DNA of 64,000 nt from Selaginella moellendorffii (GCF_000143415.4 NW_003314269.1:2301544-2365543), one strand, 5' to 3'. Shown: positions 38,461 to 51,540, counted from the first letter of the stretch. Translations and numbers: made by a program. Notes: generated by a model from the letters alone, not told the origin.

Positions 38461-41400
38461 ATGGCGGACGAGGAAATGGCGTCGTCGAGCGATAGCGAGA
38501 GCGAGAGGGAGAACGGGGAGGACGAGCTCGCGGCTGTGGAGGTGGCGCTCGCCGCGAATCCGGACAGCTACGAGGCGCACGAGCAGGTTTTGCTCTCTTT
38601 CTGTCTCTCTCTCTTGTTCTCGATTTTGGATTTTGGCAGTGAAGTGTTTTATGTTTCTGCGCAGTATGTCGCTGCTCTTCGCAAGGCTGGGCATCTCGAC
38701 CGGCTCAGGGCCGCGAGGGAGGCCATGAACGCCCTGTTCCCGATACCCGGGAGAATGTGGCGGGAATGGGCCAGGGACGAAGCAAATCTCTTGGACGGGT
38801 AAGTTTTAGATATCTTCTTCTTCTAGTTTTAGCTGCGACGATCGCGCTGGCGCAGGAGCGACATATCGCCGGTGGTGGAGTTGTATGAGCGCGGGCTCAG
38901 GGAGTACTTGGTGCGTGGTACGTGAGCTTTATTCTCGTCTCGGATTGCTAATCGCGTGCTTTGTGTGGTTTGTTTTTCCGATTTTCTTCCTTTCCCAGGA
39001 CGTGCCACTCTGGCTGGATTACTTGGAGTTTGTAGAGGACAGGGACCCAGGAGTTTCACAGTGCACACCTCAGGGGCTTCAGAAAATGCGAGAGCTTTAC
39101 GAGAGAGCCATCACTGCTTCTGGGATTCACGCGACGGAGGGTTCGGCGATTTGGGAGGCTTATCGCGAGTTTGAACAAGCTGTTTTGCTGACTATGGCCG
39201 AATATACCGATGGTGACAAGGTAAAGTCTGTCTCTTTTGAAGGCTGTAGCTTAGAAGATCAAGTCACGCAGGAAAAGGAAAAACAAGCTGGACGCGTGGA
39301 GAGCCTGTTTCACAGGCAGTTAGCAGTACCGCTTAGTAATCACGCCTCTACGCTGAATGACTACATAGAGTGGGAACGGGAGCAAGGGAAAACTATTGGA
39401 AGTCTCGAAGACAAGTTTGCTGGCGTTGATGCCAACGTGTTGGCAGCGTATAAAAAGGCAGAATCAGGATGGCTAGAGTGCAAAGTCTTCGAAAACAGTC
39501 TAAGTGGAAAACCTGCAGATGCAGAGCTTCTTCAGAACTATTTGGTACGTTTTTCATTCTCGAGGTTTTGCTGATTGCAATTGGCTTTAGCTGATCATCC
39601 TGATTCCAGATCTATATTGACTTCGAGCAGAAAAAAAGTAAAAGCGACCCAGCTAGAGTCCAGGTTCTTTTTGAACGTGCAGTTACAGCTTTCCCAGTGA
39701 GCGGTGATTTGTGGCTGAAATACACCGGTTACCTGGATCAGAAGCTAAAGGTAGTTCGCGCGATTATTATGCTATGGAAACACTAACAAAGATTATTTCA
39801 GGTTGCAGTGGTCTGCAAAAATGTCTACGCAAGGGCAGTGCGCAATTGCCCGTGGGTTGGTGAGCTATGGAGAAAATATTTGTTGACATTAGAGCGTTTT
39901 AATAGCTCGGATGAAGAAATGTCTGAGGTACGGCGTTGCATTTATTTATATATCTGATTGGTTTTTCCAGGTATTTGAGCAGTCAATGAAGAGGGGTTTC
40001 CAAACGCCCAGTGAGGTACCTAAAGGCAGCTGTTGTTGCTGGCAGTTGCTAACTAGATATATTGCAGTATCTCGACGTCTTCTTAACGCGGGTGGATGGC
40101 TTGAGAAGGCAAATGGCCTCTGTTGAGCGTTTACGTGAAGTATTTCAGGTACGTCCTTTTGTTTCTAAAACGTTTTGTATGCGATTCTTTTCTCTTGCAG
40201 CGTGCCGCCGATTTACTGGCAAACTACTTTCCGGACTTTGTAGATCGGTCATTGCGACTGCAAGGATACTGGGCACGCATGGAAGTTCGCTTAGCGAAGG
40301 ATATCAGCGCGGCCCGAAGCATTTGGGAGCGTTTGGTTAAATCCAGGTAAGCCGTTTTCGAGCGCTCGTTAATTCAAAGCGTCACCTTGTGCAGCGGATG
40401 GATGACTGAAGTTTGGCAAGGGTACATCAACATGGAGCTTGGACTGGAAAATATAAATGAAGTTCGAGCGCTATATAGGAAATGCTACTCTAGAAAGCTC
40501 GAAGGGAATGGCTCAAAGGTATGGCTTCTAATTCTTGATTGTGATCGTTCATGTCGTTTTCAGGTAATCTGCGAGGCATGGCTGCAATTTGAACGCGAGT
40601 TTGGAACATTGGAAGACTTTGAGAAAGCTTCCTTAAAGGTAGAGCTTTTGCACTGAAAGTGACTAATTTTTTACTTGACGTACCTGTGTACAGGCTGGAC
40701 AAAGGCTAGAAGAAATACAGTCAATAGAGGCTGTTCAAGATACGAAGGAGTTTAAAGAGCCAAAGATGAAGCATGAACGGGGCAATCAGGAAAGCTCGGC
40801 GCAAGCAGCGAAACGTAAAAGGCCTAAAGATGTCAAAGAGGAGAAAAAACGACAGAAGGTTGCTCCTAAACGTGAACTTGGCAAGCTGCATTCTGAAGCC
40901 AAGATGGCTACGAATGAAGGAGACAGGGATGCATCTGAGCGTGAGAAACCAAACGAACAAGGCCAGCCCCCTGATGGAAGAGGAGAAGCCGCTACACAAT
41001 TCAAGAAGAACCGTGTCTTCACAGATGAGCTGACTGCATTTGTTTCAAACATCGACCTGGAGGTATGGTGCTGCTTTTATCATCGTGTGTGTTCTTACCA
41101 GGGATGTTCTCCAGCTGACGGAAAAGGAGCTAAAAGAGTTTTTCACTCCCTGCGGTGGGCTCAAGGGTGTGAGACTGTTGAGGGACCGGAACACAAGGCG
41201 TTCTCGAGTAAAGACTAAAAGCTGCGAAACCGAATTTACGTTTCTGACGAAGTTGCTTCCTATGCAGGGGCTCGCGTACATAGATTTCGAAAACGAGGAG
41301 AATCTCGCAGCCGCTATCAGCAAAAACAGGACCAAGCTAGGTGCCCGCAAAGTCAGTGTAGCGCGTTCCAAGCCAAAGCCAAAGCAAGAAGGTAACTTGT

Positions 41401-41587
41401 CTTTGTTTTGTGTGCCTGTTCGTGAATGTGTTACTTAGATGTTTCAGGTGGTAGTGAAAAGGTAGAGCGGGATAAGATTAAACCTCTGGGGTGGCAAGGC
41501 TCGGCCCTCAAAAGTGACGAGGCCCTCAATTCCAACGAGGAATTCCGGAAGACGCTTCTCAAGTCCAAGGAAAAAGTTGTAACTTGA
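38461..41587 (+). CDS. SART3: SART3/PRP24-like U4/U6 recycling factor (HAT repeats and RRM), multi-exon
   Basis: MWREWARDE, LWLDYLEF, RAVRNCPWVGELW, AWLQFEREFGTLE, RRM (TAFVSNID...GLAYIDF), C-terminal SNEEFRK. Confidence 0.9.
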
Positions 41588-42182
41588 TTTAGTGTGCTCT
41601 CAAACTGATTGTAAAACTTGGAACTAGTGCCAGCTAATGTGACAATGGAGGAAAAGAGAGTTGTTCGAACAACTTGGACCTCGCTTTGACATGTCAAAAC
41701 TCTCGTCCATTTCCAACAGCTAGTCAAGTCTCATTAGAAATCCCACTGTCGAAGGACATACCACTAAGAGATTATAACTCTCGTTTGAACTAGTCTCCAC
41801 TCTCGCCTCAAGAATCTCAAACAAAAGACTCTTGCTTTTCTAAACCGGATAAAAAAGGATAACAGCTTATAACTTCATTTACCTAAGATTAAGTCAGTGG
41901 AACAATCGCACAAAGAAAACTTCTCGATCGTGGAAGAGTAGATGGCCCTTTAATTATGGCATTGATTATGCAGAAATTTCGTCCACCTCTTACAGAAGAT
42001 CCGTTAACATCAGCCAATGCAAAGTGCAATGAGTATCATCTTAGCCTCAGCGCGAAGGAAATTCCCTAAGATCCGGCCTGAAAGCCATGCAAAAAATCTG
42101 CCTCCAAAGCCCCTAATTTAGTCAACTTGTTTAGAAAGAATCTTAAGATTATAGACAATCCATCTTAAGATTAAAGATTTAT

Positions 42183-42305
42183 GGGTGCCTCCGTGAGGAA
42201 GCGTTCCAAAAATTTGGATATGCCGCTATTATGTGGCCAACACACGGTATTCTTTAGTAAAAGGCGAAAGAATAGTTCGTTTTGCGCTGACCACACGGCT
42301 TACGT
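42183..42305 (-). ncRNA. U5: U5 spliceosomal snRNA, copy 1
   Basis: The minus strand reads CGAACTATTCTTTCGCCTTTTACTAAAGAATACCG (invariant loop I GCCUUUUAC), Sm site AATTTTTGG and a 3' stem-loop. Ends are approximate. Confidence 0.93.
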
Positions 42306-42331
42306 GGATATGAAAGTAGTCTTCGTCCATG

Positions 42332-42378
42332 TTATATACCCACTGCCTCGCATGAAAATAAACCGCGGCATGTGGGAT
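42332..42378 (-). promoter_or_regulatory. Plant snRNA promoter (USE and TATA) for U5 copy 1
   Basis: ATCCCACATGC (42378-42368, compare RTCCCACATCG) and TATATAA (42338-42332), ~30 nt apart. Confidence 0.88.
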
Positions 42379-42513
42379 AACTTGACGAGCCCTAGTCCCA
42401 GCCCTAGGACGATTTAGGGCTATTGGTATATTCTATTATAGCAACTGGGAGTTCGATTCCCGTTGCGAGCGAGAGGGCCCCTTAGTAATGTTTAAGCGAT
42501 TCAAACCCGGGCG

Positions 42514-43685
42514 ATGACAACGTGGTTGTTTTCGAAAGACGAGCTAGAACGCAAATCGCCGTCATTGCAAGATGGGATGGATGCGCGCACGGAGGCGTCC
42601 TACCGGGGCTACTACTCCACCTTCGCGCAGGAGCTGGGAAAGAAGCTCCAAGTGTAAGGATTTTGCTCCCCTTCCCCTTGTTTTCGTTTTTGCCCTAGGC
42701 TATGAGCGAGCTGGGAAAATCTCTCCAGGTCGCAGATGACCGTCGCCACCGCAATCACATTTTGCCATCGCTTCTACACGCGCCAGTCGCTGCTGAGGAA
42801 CAATTGCCTGGTGAGTCTCTCGAGGTTTAGGGTTTTTGGATTTGGAGCTCTGTGTCACACAAGTTCTTCTTAGATTGTGGCAACCTCGTGCATGCTTCTG
42901 GCCACCAAGGTGGAGGAGACACACCGCTATCTCAAAGAGGTAGTGTTTATTTCCTATGAGTTGCGTAACCGGGACGACCCCAAAGCTCTGGAAAGAATCA
43001 TGGAAGACAGGGTATAGTACCTCTTTCTCGCATCTTTTCTTTTTTCTAGGACTGCTTCGATTCTATGAAGTTTTTTTCTTCTTCCTGTTCTAAAACCTGG
43101 CTTTTTTTTTCTTCCGGTGTAGGATTTGTATGTCTCCGAAAAGCAGCTTGTGCTGTATGGAGAGCGGCTGGTTCTCACAACGATAGAGTTTGATTTAAGT
43201 GTGGTAAATCCTCACAAGCCACTGGTGGCTACGCTGAAGAGACTACGCATTCTCAAGCAGGACCTCGTACAGCGGGCCTGGAATTTTCTAAATGACGGGT
43301 AAGTTCTTCCGGAGTGTTTTCGTTTTCCTTGAGATGGATGCGATTGCAGGCTTCGGACAACACTCGTTTTACAATTCAAACCCGGCCAAGTTGCCGCTGG
43401 TGCGATTTACGTGGCCGCGAGGCTGCTCAAGATAAAGCTCCCGGAAGAAGAAGGTGGGCGTTTCTGGTGGCATGAGCTCGATGTAACTCCTGTTCTACTG
43501 GAAGGTAAAGCTTTCGTTTTTTTCAATCGTAGAGAATGTCGTAAACGCTTGCTTGTACAGAGATTGCTAGTCAGTTGCTGGAAGTGTATGACAATCCATC
43601 GCTTCTTAGCCCTGCCGAGCAGAGAAACGGGAGAAGCAGCAGAGAGAACGGGGACGCTTTTACTTCGAGCCAAACATTCAGCTAG
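42514..43685 (+). CDS. CYCT1: Cyclin T-type (P-TEFb cyclin), short form, 6 exons
   Basis: [70 protein letters not shown]. Confidence 0.88.
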
Positions 43686-43876
43686 AAAAGAAATCCTTTG
43701 GTGGCGGAGGCATCGCTGTTAACTCTGGGACGATCCTCTCGAAACACTGTACAAAATCAGGTAGTGTCTTCGGGAAACTGATATTTTGTTTTCCTTCTTT
43801 TTCCTGCCAAGAGAAATTTTTTTTTCGAACCCGGCCCTTCCTTCTCTACAGTATCATCAAAAGGAAAACCAAAGCA

Positions 43877-45541
43877 TCACTGCGAGAAGGTGTTTGCTAG
43901 CAGCAAGTAAGCAGTGGCTTCATCGAGCTCGAGCATTTGCCGAGCTACCATCTCTCCTCGCAGGAAGTCGCCATTGGTCCGGCAAGCTCCCAACAGGCTC
44001 GTCCACGCCGCCGCGCTTGGCACCAGTGGCATGCTCCGGATGAGCTCCTCGGCGTCACCCAGCTGGTTGCACCGGGCGAGCAAATCCACCACGCAGCAGT
44101 AGTGCTCGTGTGTCGGAGATATCCCAAAGCTGGACTGCAGCGACAGGAAACACTGTCGCCCATCCTCCAACATTCCTGCATGGCTGTAGCCGACAAGGAC
44201 TGCGCCAAATGTCAGCTCATTGGGCTCCCAGCCGTCACAGCACATCTTCCACACGAGGTGGAGTGCGTCCGACAAATGCCTGTTTTGGGCATATGCCTCG
44301 ACAAGAGACGTCCACGTCAGCAGGTTGACTAGTGGCATCGAGTCAAACACGCTTTTCGCTTGCTCGCAATGCCCACTTTGGGCGAGGAGTGTGATTTGGA
44401 TCGTCCCCGAGACAATGTCATGTTGGGCCATATTTGCTATTGTCTGTTTTGCATCACCTAGATACCCTTCCTGGGTAAATGCATGGGCGATTAGATTCCA
44501 CGATACCGCGTCGCGCTGTGGCATATTCTTGAAGAGGGTCTGCGCCTCAGCCAAGAGCTTGCATTGCACGTAGCAGTGAAGCAGTGTGTTCCACGAGACG
44601 GAATCTCTTTGAGGCATCTTTTCCATGAAAGCCTTCGCGCTCTCGGTTTGACCCGCCAGAGAAGTCGCCCGCATTAGCAGATTCCAGGAGACTACATCTC
44701 TTTCGAGCATAGATTCAAATTCCTGCCAAGCTTCTACAAAGTGCCCGTTTAAAGCGCATGCTGCGAGGACAATGTTCCATGATATCACAGTGCGTTGCGG
44801 CATCAAAAGGAAGATTCTCTGAATTGAATCCACATCTACGAGGGATTGGAGCAGCACGGTCCAGGACACGACATCTCTTTCTCGCATCCCTTCGAAACAT
44901 TTCATTGCTCTCAGATGATGCCCGGTGCGGGCAATCGTGGTAAAGACTGCAGTACAGGCGACTGCGTTTCTCCACGGAATCTTTGAAAACGCTAATGTAG
45001 CATAGTCAACACTCTCCGCTCGCACGCATGCATCTATTAGCACCGCCCAGCTGACCACATTGCGCTGAGGCATTGCGCCAAAGATTTCAAGCACGACCAC
45101 AAAATCCCCCCTACAGGCATTTGCTTGCAACATGCTCGTCCAGGACACCACGTCTCTGCACGGCATTCTCTGAAAGAAATTTTCAATCACGCGGAGATCC
45201 TGGCACGAATCAAGCGCAGCCAGCATGGTGTTCCACGAGACAATGTCGCGGTGGGGCATTGTGTGAAAAGCAGCCGAAAGGTGTGACAAGTGCCCGGTGC
45301 GGGCCTGTGCCGCGAGGAGAGTGTTCCAAGAGTGGAGGTTCGGAATCTGGATGGCGTCGAAAGTGCGGGTGGCGAGTTGGAAGCTACCAGCACGACCATA
45401 GGCGTCGATGAGGAGGTTGGCAAGGTATCTGCTACCGTCGAGGCCGCTGGCAACGATAGCGCCGTGGACGAACTTCAAATCACGCAAGCAACCGCAGCAC
45501 CGCCTGATCAAATCTGCAAAGTACCACTCACTTAGAAACAT
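43877..45541 (-). CDS. PLS-class PPR protein with tandem short (S/SS) motifs and an E-type C-terminus, no DYW; intronless
   Basis: Repeated MPxRDVVSWN motifs; HYCCVVDLLAR...AWTSLLGAC...YLLLAN. Confidence 0.9.
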   Translation of the reverse strand: MFLSEWYFADLIRRCCGCLRDLKFVHGAIVASGLDGSRYLANLLIDAYGRAGSFQLATRTFDAIQIPNLHSWNTLLAAQARTGHLSHLSAAFHTMPHRDIVSWNTMLAALDSCQDLRVIENFFQRMPCRDVVSWTSMLQANACRGDFVVVLEIFGAMPQRNVVSWAVLIDACVRAESVDYATLAFSKIPWRNAVACTAVFTTIARTGHHLRAMKCFEGMRERDVVSWTVLLQSLVDVDSIQRIFLLMPQRTVISWNIVLAACALNGHFVEAWQEFESMLERDVVSWNLLMRATSLAGQTESAKAFMEKMPQRDSVSWNTLLHCYVQCKLLAEAQTLFKNMPQRDAVSWNLIAHAFTQEGYLGDAKQTIANMAQHDIVSGTIQITLLAQSGHCEQAKSVFDSMPLVNLLTWTSLVEAYAQNRHLSDALHLVWKMCCDGWEPNELTFGAVLVGYSHAGMLEDGRQCFLSLQSSFGISPTHEHYCCVVDLLARCNQLGDAEELIRSMPLVPSAAAWTSLLGACRTNGDFLRGEMVARQMLELDEATAYLLLANTFSQ

Positions 45542-45622
45542 TAATGTACAACAATCTTACTACATACTACAATGTAATGATCAAGTAATTAGGAAGTCCA
45601 ACTTAAGATTATAAATTTGTAT

Positions 45623-45746
45623 GGGGTGCCTCCGTGAGGAAGCGTTCCAAAAATTTGGATATGCCGCTATTATGTGGCCAGCACACGGTATTCTTTAGTA
45701 AAAGGCGAAAGAATAGTTCGCTCTGCGCTGACCACACGGCCCATAT
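45623..45746 (-). ncRNA. U5: U5 spliceosomal snRNA, copy 2
   Basis: Same loop I, Sm site and 3' stem-loop as copy 1, with a few substitutions near the 5' end. Ends are approximate. Confidence 0.93.
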
Positions 45747-45770
45747 GCTATAATGGATGTTCTTAGTCGC

Positions 45771-45817
45771 TTTATATACTGCTCGCCGGCATGAAACCAA
45801 GCTTCGGCATGTGGGAT
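45771..45817 (-). promoter_or_regulatory. USE and TATA promoter for U5 copy 2
   Basis: ATCCCACATGC (45817-45807) and TATATAAA (45778-45771). Confidence 0.88.
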
Positions 45818-45884
45818 AACTCCTCAAGCCCTATTTCAACAAACCTAAAGAAAATTAGGGTTCTTGAGATATTTCATCCCTGTG

Positions 45885-45970
45885 TGATTGCAGGTTTGAT
45901 TTGCGTGGCTGTGAGGCTGCTAAAGAGATAAAGATCCAAAGGGGATGCTCCTGGTGGCATGAGCCGCGTG
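45885..45970 (+). pseudogene. Small cyclin T remnant
   Basis: GATTTGCGTGGCTGTGAGGCTGCT...GATAAAG...CTGGTGGCATGAGC matches 43405-43478. Confidence 0.65.
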
Positions 45971-46186
45971 GTTTCTTTTTGAAGAGACGTTTGAACAACA
46001 GCTTGCAAAAATGCAGGGACTTCTATCACAATTAGAAAGAAAATGGGAAAATGTTCACAATGATGGTGGAGGTATCGCTTCGATCGAACTTTGAGGCGAT
46101 CCGCTCAAAATCTGGTAGTTTACGCTGTACAGATGAAGGCCAAGAGAAAATTGGTTTCCCTTCTGGTACCACGCTCTCGCCCCGTC

Positions 46187-47300
46187 CTATACTCCGTTTA
46201 CGCTGCCTGACTTTTGCATCTCGAGGTCTTTCTCGCCAGTTTGGCGCTCCGCCTCGTCGACTTTGGGTGTGGCATGGCTGTAGATTGCGTACAAGATCAG
46301 CTGCATTGCGCCCAGAAAAGCGCCGAGAGCATTGGGAATCTGTGATAGCGAGAGGTCAGCAAAGCTTCCAACCTTACGAAGAACAAATCTAGACTTTGCG
46401 ACTTACAAGGACGAAGACGTCGGAAGTGAGGAGGCCGTAGGCGAGCCACGCGCAACCATTGATGAAGACGAACAGAGAGAGGTAGAAAGGCATGAATTCC
46501 ACGCTTCTGGTTCTGATTACCATTCGCTGTTTAGGGACAGGAAGTGAGTTAAGCCGCGGAGGGATAAGAACAAAAAGACCGCTTCTTTTCACGTTTCTTG
46601 GTTCTACTGGAGCCAGGTGGTGATCTCTTACCATGACAGAGAGTGGAGCGACGTTCATCCCCGTGGTGAAGATCACGCACAGGATTCCCACAAACAGCTT
46701 CCTCTGGCTTTTCTGCGTCATCGCAAAGACGGTGACGAGCAAAATCACGGCTACAAAGAGAGGTACGATGATCAAGCTCGCTACGATCTTCATCTGTTCG
46801 AGGAGCAGCAAAGACAAACCAAACGATTGGTAACCGGTTCTGTGAATTGGTCACGAGAGAGGTACCTTCTTCTTGGCAGTGGTGTAGCGGAGGTAGATCA
46901 AAACGTACGTGAGCTGGAGGATCGCTCCACTGATGTTGATGGTGATAACTGGGATGTTTATTTGCACCCAGGGGAGACCATACCACGTCCAGAGGAGGCA
47001 ATTCAGGAGCGTGACCGAGTATGGAAGCCACGAGAAATCTCGTGTCGATTTCTCCTTGTGTATCCTCCAGAATGTTGGTCTGTGAAAAACCCGCAAGTGT
47101 GAGCAAAGAAACCATCGCCAAGGAAGTGGAAGAAGGAAGAACTCACATTGGTGACAAGAACAAGCAAATTGATATGAGATTCCCTGTTACATATAGACAC
47201 ACCACCGTCAAATCATCGCTAGAACGAAAAAATCTCTTCTCTTGCTCTTTGTTCTAGCTAACATACCGAGAATTCCGAATGCTAAGCTCAATGCTGCCAT
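46187..47300 (-). CDS. SWEET: SWEET (MtN3/saliva) sugar transporter, 6 exons
   Basis: FGILGNLIS..LFLSPIPTFWRI, LPYSVTLLNCLLWTWYG, VIRTRSVEFMPFYLS, IPNALG. Confidence 0.95.
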
Positions 47301-47877
47301 GGCGCCAAAATTTTCGCTCCTACCAAAAAACTTTTTTCTCTCTCTTTTTTTTTCCTTGCTTCTCTCTTTTGCTTCTTGCTGATGTTTGCGCGACGAGCCT
47401 CCGCATTTTAAAGAGCGAGAAAGATTCCAGTGTCCGATACTGCCGTATCATATGTGCGCGGACGCGTGGCGCCTCGTGTCGAGGGCTCCGTATGTACGGC
47501 CCTCCGACACTGGTCTCGCGGTGGTCGGCTTGGCCAAGGTGGTCAAATTTTAAGTGGAGAAAATTTTGATACAAGCGAAGACACGCGATGTTCTTTGATT
47601 ATAAGATCCGTGCACGAAGAGAAAAAATAAAGCAAAAGCGATGGATTCTTCTAAAGTTCTTCCAAAGAAAAAGAAAGTTAAAAAAAGAAATAAAGGGCGA
47701 GCGATACGCGCGAGTGCCATCGTCAAACTACCATAGCATCACATTCTTCCCAGGAGAAAACTTTACACAGCTTAAGCTTTAGTACGATCTTTTTACAATT
47801 TGGCTGTTGCGACACAAAGTCAGTGCTCATTGCAAAGCCAAAAAGCAAATCTAACTTTTGCTCCTCAGTGTGGTGTT

Positions 47878-50800
47878 TTAGAAACTGTCGGCGAGCTGGT
47901 CGAGCAATTGCTCCGGGTTGGAGTTTCTACACATATCAATGTCGAACTGGAGAAAGAAAGAAAGTCCAGAGTCAAAACACCCGAACAAACGATCAGCTTA
48001 CCATGCGTATGGCGCATATGGCTCTCACTAGCTTCTCGCCCAAGATGCTCTTCAAGTCCTTGTTTGCGTTGAGAGCTTCCACCGCGGCGCTTAGCTCTGA
48101 CGGCAGGCTCGGGACTGTGCCTTTCGGAAGTGTGGAAGGATCGACGCCTGGAAAAGAGAGATGGAGCGCGGGGTTTTAAAAGAGAACCTTTCAACTTGCA
48201 AGAGAAGAACTTACTTATTCCTTCGGGAAGAACCATGTGTTTCCTCAAACCATCGATTCCTGCTGCTACAATCGCCGCAAGTCCCAGGTGCGGATTGGCC
48301 ATGCCATCGAAAGCTTTGAGCTCGAAGTTACTAACTCCATCAGCATCCGGTGGCGACAGTGTGCGCAATGCGGCCTCTCGGTTGCTGTGGCCCCAGCACT
48401 GAAACGCTCCACTCCAAGTGCATGGACGAAGTCGTGCGTAGCTTTGGCATAAAACACAAGAACAGTTTATAAGGACATATATAAGAAAGCAATGCAATGG
48501 AGCAAATCACAATCAACTCTACCTGTTTGGATGTGGTGCGGTAAATACTAGAATGGAAGGCAAGTGGTGCAAAACTCCAGCAAGGAACTCTTCACCAAGC
48601 GGGGACATGCCGCAGCGGGAGGTTTCGTCCATGAGCTTGTTTACTCCCCCTTCCCAAAGACTCATGTGGACATGCGAACCCGAGCCAAGGTCATTTGCAA
48701 AGTACCTGGAAAGTTAAAATGTTTTAAATTCCAAATGATGGAAAGATGAAGATTGTTTCTTACTTTGGCAAGAATGTTGCATTAATATGGTGCTTAAGAG
48801 CAATAGACTTGACAGTGTCTCGTAGCAAAAGCACGTTATCAGCTGCAGTACTTGCTGGACAATGGTTGAGAGAAATCTCGAACTGTCCATTGCCTGCTTC
48901 TGCATGCATCTAAGAGAGCAAAGGTAAAACAAGAAACATAACTTTAAAAGTAGAAACACACCTGTTCCACCTCGATATCTAGCTTTTTCAATGAGTCGTA
49001 GATGTCATCCATGATATGTGACGAGGAATCAAAAGATATTGCGGAGCAATAGTTGGTAGTATCCAGCCCAGTCCAGTTCAAAGGCCCTCTGTCAGAGAAA
49101 AACAAGAGTCAATATGCCAAACAGAACTTCTTGTATGAAAATTTACTGTTTTGACGGCTTAAGCAAATAGAACTCGTTTTCGAATCCAACACGTATTTCC
49201 TGCAACAAAATATCGATGTAAACATATGTTAGAAAACTAATTTCGGTACCAGGTTAAACTCCTTTTTCAGTATCTCCAGCGTGCATTGCAATGTGCCTCT
49301 TGGACAGCACTCCCAAGGAGTTCCAGGTACGATGTGCATGTTTCCAAGGACTATTTCGTGTTGTGGATACCTACAAAAAATCTCACATGAGAAAAAAAAA
49401 CAAATCTTAACGCCAGTTTGCGGCTTACCATGGTAGTCTGCGCTTGGTTGCTAGATCTGGCATCAACCTGACCTCTCCAACCGCACTCAAACCGGATCCT
49501 TTTGCAACAGCATCGATTCCAGCCGGAAGTGCCATTCCGCACTCGACAAGACCAACACCATGCTTTAAAATTGAAGTCTTGAACCTTCCAGCTGGAACAA
49601 CCTACAAACAATGCAATCAGTGAATAGTACTTGACAAAACTTAAAAGCTTACCCGACATCGCCTCTGTCCTGAGCCATCTCCCCATAGCAGCCGGACTTG
49701 TTTGATTTCCTTGTCCGCTGCCATGACTTTGTCCTTACCGTGCATCATTTTTTTAATGGCCGCCGTAGATGGGCTGGAGGCGGCATCGCCATTAAGCTTA
49801 TAGAAAGACAAGGCGTTCTTTTGGAGGATTCCTTCCGCTGCGGCAATGCTCTCTTCAACAGAGAGATCCCCATCGACGTAAGCGTTGTACAAAACCTTTG
49901 TTAAAACCTCCCGGGTCCATTTCGTCCCTGAAAGCTTAAACATGTAAGAACCGGCATGATCATGCACATGCGTGTATCAAACTTCCCCGTACCAAGATAA
50001 TACGTTTCCGGAAATGCGTATCCATCTGTACTAAACATCACCTACAGCCGAGTCTGCTATCAATTCTTTACGTGAACTAGTCTGTCATATGGGAACTTTG
50101 ATACCTTATCAAGCGGGGCGAGCTCCAGGAGCTGGCTTAACGTGTTTTCCATTCCGCGGATGCTAAGCTTTGGGATAGCAAGGCCAAAGTCCAAATACAC
50201 CTGCATAGCTATCGCTTTTGGAAAGAGCTCAAAAGTTTGCGACCACTTACTTGTGAATAAACGCTGGCCAAGTACGAAGCCTCCTGAACAAATGGATACG
50301 AAGCATGGAGCAGGACCAGACGGCACTTTTTAAACCTTTCGTCTTCCAAAACAGCTCGCAGGTGCAAAGGATTTGACAAGCGAAGATCTAAATCTTTGTC
50401 GCCAAACCTGGAAGAGAAATTCTGTTCAAAAGCTTATCTTTCGCCAAACCATAAACGCATACCCCGAATGTATTTGCATGGGCAGATCCTGAGAACACGC
50501 AACTTCGAGAGCTAGGACGAAGAGAAAATTCAAGAGCAGCTTGTTTTTTAATCGCAGAGGGCTGCTGACTGCAAGACAGCAGCACAGACAAAGAGAGTTG
50601 ATTATATACCGTACAAAATCAAACAATCTTCAGTTTCAGTTTCATACCCATATCTTGCACGAGTCCTTGCTCGGCATCTCGCCTCGACACGGTGGGATCA
50701 ATATCAAGGCCACTCCTGTACGCAGCGATGCTCTTAAATGCCACAACTCCTTCCGAGAGTGTGCGTACAAAGTTAAGGCTGCAAGCTTTCACGGAAACGA

Positions 50801-51540
50801 ATATAAAGTGAAGCAAAAAAAGGATATAATTTCAAGCTGCCAACAAATCGATCGGCAAAACTATCAAGTGTCCAAGTGACACCACCTGGGGGGCCCTGAA
50901 TCCACCCAAAACGAATTTAATATACTTGTCCTCCTCTCAAAGAAATGGATTGGATCCTTACCTCTTTTAGGATGGCCTCGGCAACTATTTCGATCCGGAG
51001 CACACGGTGGACCACTGGAATAAATCCCTTGTGCCAGTCGAGAGCTTTCATTTTGTCCATTGCTAGTCCATCGTCGAGTAGCAGCACCGAAATCCCGGCG
51101 GCCTGGAAGCATTCCCGCGTGAGAGCTTCCAAGCCGGCGGCTTGTCGATGGGCCTCGATGCTCTCGAGCGAAGCGTCGGTCCCGTATAGCTGTGAGAGAT
51201 CTCGCAAGCTTCTCTGCAAAACAATTGGAGAACAATTAGCTAGAGCAAGCACAACAAAAAAGAAATAAGAGCAATCGACGATCGTGAGAATCCTCTTCGT
51301 GCTTGGGGCATCAATCCTAGAGAAAATCTAACAGGCAGAAGAATCGATCGTGCAGGCAGGGTTCTTTACCTTGAAGCACAGCGTCTGGGATCCAAATCGC
51401 GCGAGGGCTTCGCCCTGCGACTCGGAGAAGGCCTGGAGCAGCGGCATCTGGGAATCCATACCGACGAGATTGTGCGCGTGGCCGTCCACCAGCGCCATGG
51501 AATGGATCGCATCCCTAATCCTCTCGCGCTCCACCGCCAT
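47878..51540 (-). CDS. NodGS: NodGS/FluG-like fusion (amidohydrolase plus type I glutamine synthetase-like domain), multi-exon
   Basis: VDGHAHN, FKSIAAYRSGL, LPMQIH, VYLDFGLAIPKLS, MFSTDGYAFPE, GSHVHMSL, WGHSNREAALR, NFELKAFDGMANPHL. Confidence 0.9.

Noticed and set aside
42440-42470. tRNA-like T-arm/B-box hairpin (GCAACTGGGAGTTCGATTCCCGTTGC)
   Set aside because: No convincing D-arm, anticodon arm or A-box; at most a fragment or chance match.
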